A stretch of 64,000 nucleotides of DNA from Sphingobacteriales bacterium (GTDB lineage Bacteria > Bacteroidota > Bacteroidia > Chitinophagales > UBA2359): the NCBI GenBank assembly GCA_016711295.1, contig JADJTE010000009.1:56919-120918 (forward strand), given 5' to 3'. How positions within the stretch are numbered: position 1 is the stretch's first letter; the number at the start of each line of letters is the position of its first letter. Position numbers and translations under genes: made by a program. This document shows, piece by piece, positions 21,579 to 32,956 of the stretch. The notes below the pieces were generated by a model. The model searched no databases. It was given only the letters and a program-made list of their open reading frames with translations, and was not told the DNA's origin.

Positions 21579-23075
21579 ATGAAACGACGCGACTTTATCC
21601 GAAGCGCAGTTCCCGCAGCAGTCGTATTGCCTTCGTTAATCAACGGGCTTACGGTACGCGCTTTTGCCCATGCCCCCCAAATCGATGGTTTGTCCGAAGC
21701 CCAAATCGATACTGATAAGGTATGGGTATTGATACAATGGAATGGCGGTAATGATGGGCTACATACCGTAGTGCCGATAGACCAATATGATAATTTAGCC
21801 AATGCGCGAGGCGGCATTATCCTAAGCGAAAATGCCATTTTGCCCCTCAACGGCAGTACAACGGTAGGGCTACACCCCGCCATGACAGGCATACAGCAGC
21901 TATACGACACGGGCAAAATCTGTATTGTGCAGGGAGTTAGTTATCCCAACCCCAGTTTTTCGCATTTTAGGGCTACCGATATTGTTAGCACGGGCACCGA
22001 CTCGAACATCAGCCTCAATACGGGTTGGGTGGGGCGTTATTTAGACCATGAATTTCCGAATTATCCATACGGCTATCCCAATGCCGATATGCCCGACCCT
22101 CCTGCTATCCAAATTGGGGTGGGTTTGCCTTTATTGTTTCAAGCACCCGAAAGCAATTTAGCGATGAGCATATCGAGCATCGATTTGTTTGACCAATGGA
22201 CAAATGGCAATATAGGCACACTACCCGAAACACCCGCAGGGCACGAATTGGGCTATCTGCGTGCCATTGCACAGCAAACCCAGCAATATGCCCAACGCAT
22301 TGTAACTGCCTCGCAAAACGTAACTACGCAATGGAGTGGCTACCCCAGCACAGGCATCAATGCCCTCGCCGACCAATTGAAATTGATTGCCCGACTCATA
22401 GCAGGCGGGCTAAAAACCCGTGTTTATTTAGTATCAATAGGCGGTTTTGATACGCACGCCAACCAAGTGAGCAATACAGACCCCAATACAGGGCAACATG
22501 CCAATTTGTTGGGCAAATTATCAGAGGCAATATTTGCTTTTTCGAGCGATTTGGCGTTTTTGGGGGTCGGCGAGCGCGTAGTGGGGCTTACCTTCTCGGA
22601 ATTTGGGCGGCGCATCAAGGCTAATGCGAGTTGGGGTACAGACCATGGCACTGCTTTTCCGATGCTGTTGTTTGGGACACAGGTACAAGCGGGTATCGTG
22701 GGCAATAATCCAATTATACCTGCTGCCGCAACAGTTAGCGACAATTTAGCCATACAGTTCGATTTTAGAGCGGTCTATGCGTCGTTGCTCAAAGATTGGT
22801 TTTGTTTGTCCGAAACAGCGGTCAATTCGATTATGCTCAATACGTTCGCCGCTTTACCAGTGGTGCAAAGCCCGTGTTGTGTGCCCGTCGTCATCGGCGC
22901 GTCTAATAGCTGCGCGGGCGACATACATACGTATAGCGTAGCTCCATCGGCAGGTTCGACCTATATTTGGACTGTTACAGGTGGTTCCATCTTGTCGGGG
23001 CAAGGGAGCAATAGCATCACCGTGCAATGGGATAATGGTAGCGAAGGAATAGTAAGCGTAACCCAAAGCCAATAA
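21579..23075 (+). CDS. DUF1501-family (sulfatase-like) protein with Tat signal and a C-terminal PKD-like module
   Basis: The N-terminus is MKRRDFIRSAVPAAV. The motifs GGFDTHANQ and SEFGRR are present. The last ~65 aa are shared with the C-terminus of ORF 46382-48049. Confidence 0.75.
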   Translation: MKRRDFIRSAVPAAVVLPSLINGLTVRAFAHAPQIDGLSEAQIDTDKVWVLIQWNGGNDGLHTVVPIDQYDNLANARGGIILSENAILPLNGSTTVGLHPAMTGIQQLYDTGKICIVQGVSYPNPSFSHFRATDIVSTGTDSNISLNTGWVGRYLDHEFPNYPYGYPNADMPDPPAIQIGVGLPLLFQAPESNLAMSISSIDLFDQWTNGNIGTLPETPAGHELGYLRAIAQQTQQYAQRIVTASQNVTTQWSGYPSTGINALADQLKLIARLIAGGLKTRVYLVSIGGFDTHANQVSNTDPNTGQHANLLGKLSEAIFAFSSDLAFLGVGERVVGLTFSEFGRRIKANASWGTDHGTAFPMLLFGTQVQAGIVGNNPIIPAAATVSDNLAIQFDFRAVYASLLKDWFCLSETAVNSIMLNTFAALPVVQSPCCVPVVIGASNSCAGDIHTYSVAPSAGSTYIWTVTGGSILSGQGSNSITVQWDNGSEGIVSVTQSQ

Positions 23076-23178
23076 GCAACTTGACCATCTATACGAGCAT
23101 TTTTAGTGCATAAATGCTTGCACAATAACAGCTCTGTAAGCAATTGTAGGAAAAAAATAAATGAAAAATTGAGCTACC

Positions 23179-24771
23179 ATGGGCGTAACTTTACGTCTCA
23201 AAGGAACAGTTTATCAATTTTTCCCCTACCCTACCCTTGTGTTATTTCGTTTTCTGCGTTCAAATCCGCCATTTTCTAACGGATTCTTATTTGTTTTGTT
23301 CGGATTATGGTGTTATATAGGAATTCGGTCGGTTCTTTTATCGTTCACCCACGACGAAAGCCTGACATTCACCATCGTTTGCGGCAGCACCGATTGGATA
23401 CGAACCGCTAATAATCATTTTCTAAACACTTTTTTGACCGCCGTCAGTGCCAATATTTGGGGTTATGACGAGTGGGCATTGCGTTTGCCCAATGTTTTAG
23501 CCTTTGGTTTATACGCGCTAATGGGCTATCGCTTATTGCGCCCTCTGCCGCCGATATCCGCTATTTTGGGGATTGCAATTCTATTTTTCAATCCCTTTGT
23601 ACTCGATTTTTTTAGCCTTTCGCGTGGTTATGGTCTGGCAATGGCTTTTGAATTAAGTGCCATCTATTATTTGCTCTTATTTGTGCGCCGTAGGCAAATG
23701 CGACATGCTTGGCTATCGGCAATAGCAGGCTTTTTGATGCTGTACGGCAATTTTTCGTTTTTGGTGCCTTATTTTGCCCTACTTTTAACATTATCTATCA
23801 CCTACATATATTATCAATACAAGCAATGGCGGCGCAACTCCGAGCCACATCCGCCACTAAATGCCCAAGGACTATTGGCATTATTGGCTTCTATTAGACG
23901 AGATGTATCAATCACTCCTCTGCTGCGACTACTCGGAGCAGTGGCAATTATCTGTTTGCCTGCTGTTGGGTTTTCGGTATTGCTCAGGCAAAAAGGTGAA
24001 TTATATTTTGGAGGCAATACTGGTTTTTTTGCCGACACGGTGCAATCGCTCTTGTTAAGCACGGCGTATCAGCCACATACCCACACTTGGCTGCTTAATG
24101 GTTGGGGATACTTAGCAGGCATATTTTATATAGCAATAATTTTGCTCTTGCTGCCTTACTGGCGATATTGGTTTCGGAGTATGTTTGGGGTTTTGCTGTT
24201 GCAACTCAATATTTGCATCGTTACTTGCTTGGTGCTACATCAATTATTAGGTTTATTGCTGCCGATAGAACGTACCGCCCTGTATTTTGTACCCCTCACG
24301 GGTTTGAGTGTTGCTTATGGGCTACATACCTTGTTGCAAATAGTGCGGCGGCAAACGAGTTTATCCGCCATTATTCGCTGTGCCGCGCTATCAGTAGTGG
24401 TCGTATTGGGGCTTAATTGGGCAAGAAATGCCAATTTGTCGCATACGCTCACATGGCGATATGATGCAGATACCTACAAAGCCCTCTCCACATTGCAGCA
24501 AGACTATGCGCCGCGCTATATCTCCGATGCTAACCCTGCCAAAGTGGCTGCTAATTGGAACTTAGAACCCGTATTGAACTATTATCGCATCACGCGCAAC
24601 TTCTATTGGCTCGACCCTATTGAACGCGACGACATGCATAGTGCTACTTACGATTATTATTTCTGCTTCCAACAAGATATGCCCAATTTGGCTTGCGACG
24701 ACCGCCAAATAGCTATGGTGCGCCACTTCGATTTGGCAAAAACTTTATTGTTGGTCGAGATGCGCCAATAA
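23179..24771 (+). CDS. polytopic membrane protein, possibly a GT-C (ArnT/PMT-like) glycosyltransferase
   Basis: This is a 530-aa ORF with more than 10 hydrophobic segments. The acidic first-loop motif (FTHDESLTF) resembles GT-C enzymes. The functional assignment is weak. Confidence 0.35.
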   Translation: MGVTLRLKGTVYQFFPYPTLVLFRFLRSNPPFSNGFLFVLFGLWCYIGIRSVLLSFTHDESLTFTIVCGSTDWIRTANNHFLNTFLTAVSANIWGYDEWALRLPNVLAFGLYALMGYRLLRPLPPISAILGIAILFFNPFVLDFFSLSRGYGLAMAFELSAIYYLLLFVRRRQMRHAWLSAIAGFLMLYGNFSFLVPYFALLLTLSITYIYYQYKQWRRNSEPHPPLNAQGLLALLASIRRDVSITPLLRLLGAVAIICLPAVGFSVLLRQKGELYFGGNTGFFADTVQSLLLSTAYQPHTHTWLLNGWGYLAGIFYIAIILLLLPYWRYWFRSMFGVLLLQLNICIVTCLVLHQLLGLLLPIERTALYFVPLTGLSVAYGLHTLLQIVRRQTSLSAIIRCAALSVVVVLGLNWARNANLSHTLTWRYDADTYKALSTLQQDYAPRYISDANPAKVAANWNLEPVLNYYRITRNFYWLDPIERDDMHSATYDYYFCFQQDMPNLACDDRQIAMVRHFDLAKTLLLVEMRQ

Positions 24772-24883
24772 GTTGTGTACTTGAAATGGCATATCATTAG
24801 CACTAAAATAAACATACAGCAAGGGCGAGTGAATGTTGGCAAATTTTATTTTCAATTTTTACTGAAAGTACAGAAACTTTTAG

Positions 24884-24891
24884 TAACTTTG
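24884..24891 (+). promoter_or_regulatory. candidate -7 box (TAACTTTG)
   Basis: This matches TAnnTTTG about 85-100 nt upstream of the polyprenyl synthase start. Confidence 0.4.
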
Positions 24892-24975
24892 CGGTATTAT
24901 TCCGAACGATTGAGGTTTCATTCAGTCTTAATCAAATAAGAACTATCTTTTGCCCGTTTCTCAGTCCCTCACCAT

Positions 24976-25989
24976 TTGTTTTACCCTATGTTTTCGCTAT
25001 TTAGTTCCAAAAAAGAGCGCGATTTATCGGACATCCAAGCCCCTATCAACGATGATTTGGCGCAGTTTGAGCGGGTATTTCGTCAAGCCATGCGCAGCAA
25101 AATCACTTTGTTAGACACTATCATGCGTTACTTGGTGCGGCGCAAGGGCAAACAGATGCGCCCGATGTTTGTGTTTTTTGCCGCTAAGTTGGGCGGCGAC
25201 ATCACACCCGCTACCCATCGCGGTGCCGCCCTGATAGAACTGCTGCATACCGCCACCCTCGTACACGACGATGTAGTAGATGATGCCTACGAGCGGCGTG
25301 GCTTTTTTTCTATCAACGCCATTTGGAAAAATAAAATATCCGTATTAGTGGGCGATTACCTCTTGTCGCGGGGCTTGTTGTTGGCTATTGATAACGGCGA
25401 CTTTCAGGCTTTGCAATTATTATCGCGGGCTGTACGCGAAATGAGCGAAGGCGAACTATTGCAAATAGAACGCTCGCGTCACCTGAATTTAGATGAATCG
25501 GTATATTACGAAATTATCCGCCAAAAAACTGCTTCGCTCATCGCATCGGCTTGCGCCGTAGGCTTCGCCTCTACCAATTCGGACAAGACTTTGCAGCAAA
25601 AAGTATGGCAAATTGGCGAGAAAATAGGCATGGCTTTCCAAATCAAAGATGATTTATTCGACTTTGGCGATAGCCAACAAACAGGCAAACCTACGGGCAT
25701 CGACATCAAAGAAAAAAAAATGACCTTGCCGCTTATTTATTCTCTCAACAACGCATCAGGCAGCGACAAGCGGCGCATAATATATATCATCAAACAACAT
25801 AGTGCTAACCCCAAACGAGTGGAAGAAGTAGTAAACTTCGTACACCAAAGCGGCGGCATAGCCTATGCGCAAGAGGTGATGAACCAATACAGACAAGCCG
25901 CCTTAGAGCAGCTACGCGAATTTCCCGATAACGAAGGCAGGCGCGGTTTAGAAGAGCTTATATCGTTCACAATCGAGCGAAAAAAATAG
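24976..25989 (+). CDS. ispB: polyprenyl diphosphate synthase (trans-IPPS)
   Basis: The first Asp-rich motif is LLHTATLVHDDVVDD and the second is FQIKDDLFDFG. Confidence 0.85.
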   Translation: MFYPMFSLFSSKKERDLSDIQAPINDDLAQFERVFRQAMRSKITLLDTIMRYLVRRKGKQMRPMFVFFAAKLGGDITPATHRGAALIELLHTATLVHDDVVDDAYERRGFFSINAIWKNKISVLVGDYLLSRGLLLAIDNGDFQALQLLSRAVREMSEGELLQIERSRHLNLDESVYYEIIRQKTASLIASACAVGFASTNSDKTLQQKVWQIGEKIGMAFQIKDDLFDFGDSQQTGKPTGIDIKEKKMTLPLIYSLNNASGSDKRRIIYIIKQHSANPKRVEEVVNFVHQSGGIAYAQEVMNQYRQAALEQLREFPDNEGRRGLEELISFTIERKK

Positions 25990-26014
25990 TTGCGTCCCCC
26001 CATTTCTGCGCCGC

Positions 26015-26539
26015 CTAATGCGGTAGCTTATCGCGCAGATAGCCATAGACCCAAGTACCCGCAATGGCACTTAATAGCGTTATCAGCACTACGGTTGCGC
26101 CTGCTCCGATTTGGGCAAAGAGTGGTCCTGGACAAGCACCCGTAAATGCCCAACCTATCCCAAACAACAAACCACCAAAGATTTGCCCTTTGTTGAAGGT
26201 TTTAGGGTGTAGAGTGATGGGCTCGCCGTAGATGGTTTTGAGCCGAAACATCTTGATTAATGCTACCGACAACATACCTACTACAACAGCACTACCTATG
26301 ACACCGTACATGTGAAACGATTGTAGTCGGAACATTTCTTGTATACGAAACCAACTGACAATTTCGGCTTTTACAAATACAATACCAAAGGCAATGCCTA
26401 TGAGCGAATATTTTAGGTTGTGCCACCAAGGGTGTGTTAAGTGGCTTTCATTGACACAAACACTGTCTAATAAGCGTATATCGGTATCAATATCCGCCTC
26501 AGTAGTAGAATGGGCGGCAAATGTTTGTTGTTGCTGCAT
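26015..26539 (-). CDS. YeeE/YedE family sulfur-compound transport protein
   Basis: This is a 174-aa membrane protein with FTGACPG. It is paired with the adjacent YeeE/YedE half. Confidence 0.7.
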   Translation of the reverse strand: MQQQQTFAAHSTTEADIDTDIRLLDSVCVNESHLTHPWWHNLKYSLIGIAFGIVFVKAEIVSWFRIQEMFRLQSFHMYGVIGSAVVVGMLSVALIKMFRLKTIYGEPITLHPKTFNKGQIFGGLLFGIGWAFTGACPGPLFAQIGAGATVVLITLLSAIAGTWVYGYLRDKLPH

Positions 26540-26564
26540 GATATAAGTAAGCAGTAGCTAAGGT

Positions 26565-27137
26565 TTAGAACGACAAAATAAAGGGCAATAAAAAATTGGC
26601 GGCGATAAAACCACCTACCATAAAGCAAATAGTGGCGATGAGCGAGGGTATTTGAAGCGTAGAAAGCCCCATGATGGCATGTCCGCTGGTGCAGCCCCCT
26701 GCATAGCGCGTACCAAAGCCCACTAGAAAACCACCTACAACCGTGAGAATAAATCCGCGCAAAGTGAGCAGCGATTGCCAATTGAATAGGTCTAATGGCA
26801 ACAAATTGGTATAATTACTAATGCCATATTGTGCCAACTCTGCTTGGAGGGCGGGAGCTACGGTTATGGGATTGGGATTGCTCAAAAGAAATGTAGCTAT
26901 TATCGCACCCACAAAAATGCCTGCTACAAAAAACAAATTCCAAACTTCTTTTTTCCAATCATAATTAAAAAATGGCAATTTGGCAGGCATACAAGCCGCA
27001 CAAATATGCCGCAGCGACGAGCTGATCCCAAATGATTTATTGCCGATGAATAATAATATAGGTACGGTAAGTCCGATAAGAGGCCCCGCCACGTACCAAG
27101 GCCAAGGCTGCGATAAAAACATTAGTAATTCTTGCAT
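26565..27137 (-). CDS. YeeE/YedE family sulfur-compound transport protein
   Basis: This is a 190-aa membrane protein with the GGCTSGHAIMG motif. Confidence 0.75.
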   Translation of the reverse strand: MQELLMFLSQPWPWYVAGPLIGLTVPILLFIGNKSFGISSSLRHICAACMPAKLPFFNYDWKKEVWNLFFVAGIFVGAIIATFLLSNPNPITVAPALQAELAQYGISNYTNLLPLDLFNWQSLLTLRGFILTVVGGFLVGFGTRYAGGCTSGHAIMGLSTLQIPSLIATICFMVGGFIAANFLLPFILSF

Positions 27138-27362
27138 TGTATTTGATAATTAATTGCATCTGTGAGTTATTTCGAACAAGCACCGCCAATTACAAGTTCT
27201 ATTACGTAGTAGGTATTGCTTTTGTGTCACTTATTACATGAATTATTTTGCTTGACTACATAAATAGATGCCATCTCACAAAATTGGGCGCAATATTTGT
27301 TCGTAAATAGCTTCTCTGCCCCGAATTTATGCCAATTAGCTCATTCGCTTTCGTGTGCTATA

Positions 27363-28778
27363 CTAGGAGACTTTGGTGCTTGGGCATACCCAGTTTGTTG
27401 TGGGTACAGTGCTGAATTGATTAATGGCTGAAAATCCGCCTGCTATTTCGCTAAAATTGCGGTAGCCACGTGCTTGCAGTATCGAGGCGGCTATCATACT
27501 GCGGTAGCCTCCGGCGCAGTGCAAATAAAAATGTTGGTCGGGATTGATGTCTTTTATCCAGTCATTGATGAGTACCAGCGGTTGGTTAGATGCTCCTACT
27601 ACATGTTGGGCGGCGTATTCGCTTTCTTTGCGCACATCTATAATGGGATTTTTTTGGTCGGGAAATGTTTGGGCAAAACTTTCGGCAGTGATGCGCTGAA
27701 CGCTATCCGCTTCTTTGCCCGCTGCTACCCATGCTTCCACTCCGCCTGCCAAATAGCCCAACACTTGGTCGAAGCCTACCCTGCTGAGGCGAGTAATAGC
27801 CTCTTCTTCCTTGTCCAAATCGGCGACGAGCAAAATGGGTTGCTTTACATCAACTATCAAAGCACCTACCCAAGGCGCAAAATCGCCTGCCAAACCAATA
27901 TTGATAGATTGCGGCACATAGGATTGGCAAAACGCCGCTGCCGAGCGAGTATCTAAAATAAGTGCCCCCGATGCTTCGGCGAGTAGCTCAAATTCATCTG
28001 CCGACAAAGGGTGCAGACCGCGCTGCAATACTTCGTCAAACGCATTATATCCTTGCTTGTTCATCGCTACATTCATGCCAAAATAGCTCGGCGGTGCGCT
28101 AAGTCCATCGGTAACAGCTTGGATAAAAGCCGCCCTGTCGGGTTGGTTGAGGGCATAGTTCATGCGCTTTTGGTTGCCCAATGTATCGACCGTTTCCTTC
28201 ATCATATTTTTGCCACAAGCACTGCCTGCGCCATGTGCGGGATAGACAATTAGGTCGTCGGCGAGGGGCATAATTTTAGTCATCAGGCTATCATATAACA
28301 AGCCCGCCAACTCTTCTTGGGTCATGCTGGCGGCTTTTTGCGCCAAATCAGGTCTGCCCACATCACCCAAAAACAGCGTATCGCCGCTAAAAATGCAATG
28401 GTCTTTGCCGTTTTCGTCTATCAGCAAAAAAGTAGTGCTTTCTAAGGTATGGCCTGGGGTATGTAGGGCTTTTATTTTCACTCCGCCCAACTCAAACACT
28501 TCGCCGTCGTAGGCTATGGTAGCCTCGAACTGCGGCTGGGCAGTGGGTCCTCAAACGATGGGCGCACCTGTTTTTTGGCTCAAATCCAAATGACCCGACA
28601 CAAAATCGGCGTGAAAATGGGTTTCAAAGATGTATTTTAGCCTAACGCCGTCGCGCTCTAAGCGATTTAGGTAGGGCTGCACCTCGCGTAGCGGGTCGAT
28701 GATAGCCGCTTCGCCTTGGCTTACGATATAATACGCGCCTTGAGCCAAGCAGCCCGTGTATATTTGTTCAATATTCAT
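27363..28778 (-). CDS. MBL-fold persulfide-dioxygenase-like hydrolase fused to rhodanese domains; one frame break (~28500-28550)
   Basis: ORFs 28551-28778 (THFHADFVSGH) and 27363-28499 join. The C-terminal rhodanese active site is YLHCAGGYRS. Confidence 0.85.
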
Positions 28779-28963
28779 AAAAAAATATATTAATTAATAT
28801 TTGTTAATTTGATTTTTAGTTTTAAGGTAACGACTTCGGTGCAAAAGTCATTTTAGCAAAGTGTTTAGTAATTACAAAATGTGTAGATGACTATAAATAA
28901 ATAATTTACGATTTGAAATTAAATTTAATTTGTATCAATTTTGCTTTTTTGCACTACAGTCAG

Positions 28964-29230
28964 GTAACTATTTAGGCAACTTCGCCACTATGCTATTCAT
29001 TAGATTTCCTGCAAAAGTAAGAAATCGAAAATTTAACCTTAAATTTGAGCGTTGCGGAGATTACACCTTAATCAGTTCTTAAAATGCCGTAGGCATGTTA
29101 TATTAGTAGCATATAGCAAGTACGATTCTTAAAATGCCGTAGGTATGGCATCTAACATTATATCTGTGAGGAATAAATGCGACCTACAAACATGAATTAG
29201 AATAGAGGGGCGCAACACCTAAATAGTTAC
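28964..29230. mobile_element. element bounded by family-1 terminal inverted repeats (different interior), copy c
   Basis: It starts gtaactatttagg and ends cctaaatagttac. The interior has a duplicated ttcttaaaatgccgtagg motif. No target-site duplication was found. Confidence 0.5.
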
Positions 29231-29233
29231 GTT

Positions 29234-30055
29234 TTAAGCAGCGAAAAACAATTCCTTAGCAATTATGTATATTCCGACCAAAAGAATAAACCAACCAAAT
29301 ATGGGTTTGAGGCGTGCGCCGTCGATATATTTGGCTAAGGCAGTACCTATAACTATACCACCAATAGCAAAAAGAGATACCGAGAGCAAAAAAGTCCATT
29401 CGATAGATGTTTCGCCCATTTCGCCCAAAAACCCGATGAGCGATTTAGCAGCGATAATAGTTAGCGAAGTGCCAATTGCCATTTTCATGGGTAGTTTGCT
29501 CCAAATGACCAAAGCGGGAATAATCAAAAAACCACCACCCGCACCCACTAAGCCTGTGAGCGTGCCTACTATTGCACCCTCCGCAATAATGACGGGATAA
29601 TTGAAATGCAGAGGTTCGAGGGCAGTGTCGGAGGAGGGCGGCGAAGTATCCTTTTTTATCATACTATACGAAGCTACTATCATCAGAGCGGCAAATAGCA
29701 GCAGCAGCAAAATACCTTTGGTCATTATCCAACCGTGATAATTCAGCACATTGGCGGGTATGGCGGGCACGAGATAAGCGCGAGTAAGAAATACGGCTAT
29801 GATGGACGGAATCCCAAACACAATCGCCGTGCGAACAGACACCAACCCTTTGCGCAAATAACCTACCGCGCCTACGGCACTTGTAATGCCGACTATAAAT
29901 AACGAATAGCCCGTAGCCAATACCGCATCGGTGCCAAACAAATAAACAAGCACGGGCACAGTCAAAATACTTCCGCCGCCGCCTATCAAACCCAGCGATA
30001 CGCCGATAGCCACCGCCGACAAATAACCTATCATTTCCATAGTTTTAAATCGCAT
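29234..30055 (-). CDS. TauE/SafE family sulfite exporter-like membrane protein
   Basis: This is a 273-aa ORF with about 8 TM segments and two glycine-rich repeats (LGLIGGGGSILTVP, LVGAGGGFLIIP). Confidence 0.75.
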   Translation of the reverse strand: MRFKTMEMIGYLSAVAIGVSLGLIGGGGSILTVPVLVYLFGTDAVLATGYSLFIVGITSAVGAVGYLRKGLVSVRTAIVFGIPSIIAVFLTRAYLVPAIPANVLNYHGWIMTKGILLLLLFAALMIVASYSMIKKDTSPPSSDTALEPLHFNYPVIIAEGAIVGTLTGLVGAGGGFLIIPALVIWSKLPMKMAIGTSLTIIAAKSLIGFLGEMGETSIEWTFLLSVSLFAIGGIVIGTALAKYIDGARLKPIFGWFILLVGIYIIAKELFFAA

Positions 30056-30452
30056 TACAACAGTAGAACACTCATCAATGTGTTTTTGTTGTAGAAAATA
30101 ACTGTTTTTAACAAAAAAATCAAAACAATTTTATATAAACCATAAATACATCTAAAAATAGAGCAAATGGACAATTCTATGCGCCACCAACAATAAATGG
30201 ACAATTAAGAGGGGCATTTTGTTGCGTCATATCGCTATAAATAGCACGAATACAAAATAAATTTGTAGTTCATCGCCCGATACAACCCAAAATGCGCTAT
30301 TATTGCACTACTTTTGTGTTGTATGCAGGCTGCTTAATTGTTTGTGGTAGCTACTAAGCTATCATTTCACGCCATTCGATACTTGCATACTATCCCGCTG
30401 CTTGGCATTTGCTATCATCACACCCTAATCACATTACCAATAACCACGTTTT

Positions 30453-32442
30453 ATGAAAAAAACATTACTTGCCCTTTGTATATGGATAGCTTTTCAGCCG
30501 CTGCTATGGGCACAACAACCTTATTTTGCTGATGTACTGAACATTTTTGGTACTTATAATTGTACGGGCTGCCATGGTGCTTCGAGCGGATTGTCGGTGG
30601 GCACGTATAACAGCCTTTTGGCAGGTGGCAATAATTGTGGCCCTGCCATATTGCCTTTTAATGCCAATGGCAGCCCCTTAGTCACCAAAATAGACCCCAG
30701 TATTCCCAACTGCTCGGGCGGCAATATGCCACAAGGCGGCGGCACGGTAAGTGCGGCGCATTTAGCAACTATTAAGCAATGGATTGAGGGCGGCGCGTTG
30801 CAAAACGCCTCGTCCGACTGTGCCGACCTCACTATTTCTGCCTACGTCGAAGGCTCGAATGATAATAAATACCTCGAAATTTATAACGGCACGGGTGCCG
30901 AACGCAACCTGTCGGGCTATTCGATACGCATGTATAACAATGGCAGCAGCAGCCCAGTTGCCACTATTCCATTGAGTGGTATATTGGCTGCCGATGGGTA
31001 TTTTCTGATTGGAAACGACGATGCCACCTTGCCAGGTCTAACGCCCGATATAGTAGCCGCATCGCTCAATTTTAATGGCAACGATGCCGTAGCACTCTAT
31101 AACGGCACGACCAATATAGATGTTTTTGGGCAAATAGGCTTCAATCCGGGCGACGACGGTTGGGCAAATGGCACTTGCACCACCAAAGACCATACTTGGA
31201 TAAAAATAGATAACGGTACGAGTTGTCAATACGGCAATTTCTTGGGCAGCACCGAATTTAGCACGCCCTTGGGCACGTTATATACTTGCTATCCGCAAAA
31301 TGAAGTATCGCAACTCAATAGTTTTGAACCCAGCACCGCCGCGTGCCCAACTATCACATTCGCCGCTGGCACTACTAACCCAAGCATAGCTTGTTCGGGC
31401 AGTAGCCTCGATTTGTCAGTCGTATTAGGCGACGACACCACAGCCCAAGTCCTGTGGTACGAAAGCGGCACTATCATCGGCAGCGGCACAACCCTCAATG
31501 CCATACTCCAAAATAATAGCTGTATCAGCCAAACATTTAATATCACCGCCGTAGCCTCTAACGCCAACCCTACGTGTACGCCCGCATCGATATCCTTAGT
31601 CCTCAATCTGTTGCCCCTGCCCGACGACGGTGCCAGCGTCATAAATAACGGCTGCGAAGTATGCCTGCTTACGTCCTGCGTCGATATGACGAGTTATAGC
31701 GTCAATGGTAGCGCGGCAGTAGAAGGGTTGTGTTATACGGCATCGTCAAACGAAAATAGCAATGTCGTGTTTACGATTGCCAATCAATGCGGCACCCAAA
31801 CCTATACGGGCGATGTGTCGTGCGGCGGCGACCCACAAAATGCCCAAATATCGGGTTTTGTGTGGCTTGACGGCAATGACGATTTGCAGTATAACGCCCG
31901 GCGAAATACGTCTCAATGGCGTAGAAGTAGGCTTATTCGATGCCTCCGCTTCGCTTCTAATCTCCACAGAAACCGATTTTAACGGCAATTATGCGTTTAG
32001 CGGCCTGCCTGCGGGCAGCTATTTTTTAGCGTTCAGTGCACCAGGCATAATAGGACACCCCATTGTAGGAGCAGGAACAAATGGGCTTACCGCGCCTTTT
32101 GACTTAAGCGTCAGTCAAAATTACGAACTAAATGTAGGTTATATCATCGATCTAAGTACTGATAATATCAACGGAACTACATCGCCCTTAGCGCTTGCAC
32201 AAGTAGCCCCACAACCCGCCAGCGATTGGCTGCAAATCGACTTTTATAGCCAATATACCGAACCTACCCTACTACAAATCTACAACTTGCATGGCAGCCT
32301 ACTATACCAAAGCACGGTAGAAGCCCAAAGCGGCTACGGCAATAGCACGCGCTTAGACCTCGCCAATTACTCATCGGGCATGTATATATTATTGTTGCAA
32401 AACAGATATGCCCAACTAACCCAAAAAATTACTAAACTGTAA
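30453..32442 (+). CDS. secreted multidomain protein: Planctomycete-type cytochrome c motif + lamin-tail-like domain + T9SS C-terminal sorting domain; one frame break (~31900)
   Basis: It has a signal peptide, a CTGCH heme motif in a PSCyt-like context and an LTD-like segment (YVEGSNDNKYLEIYNGTG...GYFLIGNDD). ORF 31762-32442 supplies a Por-secretion tail (LQIYNLHGSLLYQS...GMYILLLQN). Confidence 0.7.
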
Positions 32443-32755
32443 TAATCCCCCAAACAAGCAGTAGTTCAAGCCACGGATTATACGACTTTTTTTAGTATAA
32501 ATTCGTGTAGTTCGTGGCAAAAAATAGCACCTATACCATAGGCGCGAAATCTATATTGCCAGCGGACTTGGGTACAAAAAGTTATTTTTGTAAAATGTTT
32601 ATTAATCAAAATACCTGTAAATAGTTTAAAATAAATCATTTATACATTACAAATAAATTAAATTTGTATGAATTTTGCTTTTTTGCACCATAGCCATCAG
32701 TAATCAATCATAAATCCAAAATCGTCAACCCAAAATCATAAATCAATAGAACAAT

Positions 32756-32956
32756 ATGTTTATTTGGCTGATTCGCTTTTACCAAGCCGCTATTTCGCCG
32801 CTGTTGGGTCCGGCTTGCCGCTATACCCCCACTTGCTCGCAATATGCCATCGAAGCCCTACAAAAATACGGTACGTTCAAGGGCATCTACTTGGCAGTGC
32901 GCCGCATAGCCTCGTGCCATCCTTGGGGCGGCAGCGGCTACGACCCCGTGCCCTGA
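32756..32956 (+). CDS. yidD: membrane protein insertion efficiency factor
   Basis: This is a 66-aa ORF reading [33 protein letters not shown]...[13 protein letters not shown]. Confidence 0.92.
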   Translation: MFIWLIRFYQAAISPLLGPACRYTPTCSQYAIEALQKYGTFKGIYLAVRRIASCHPWGGSGYDPVP

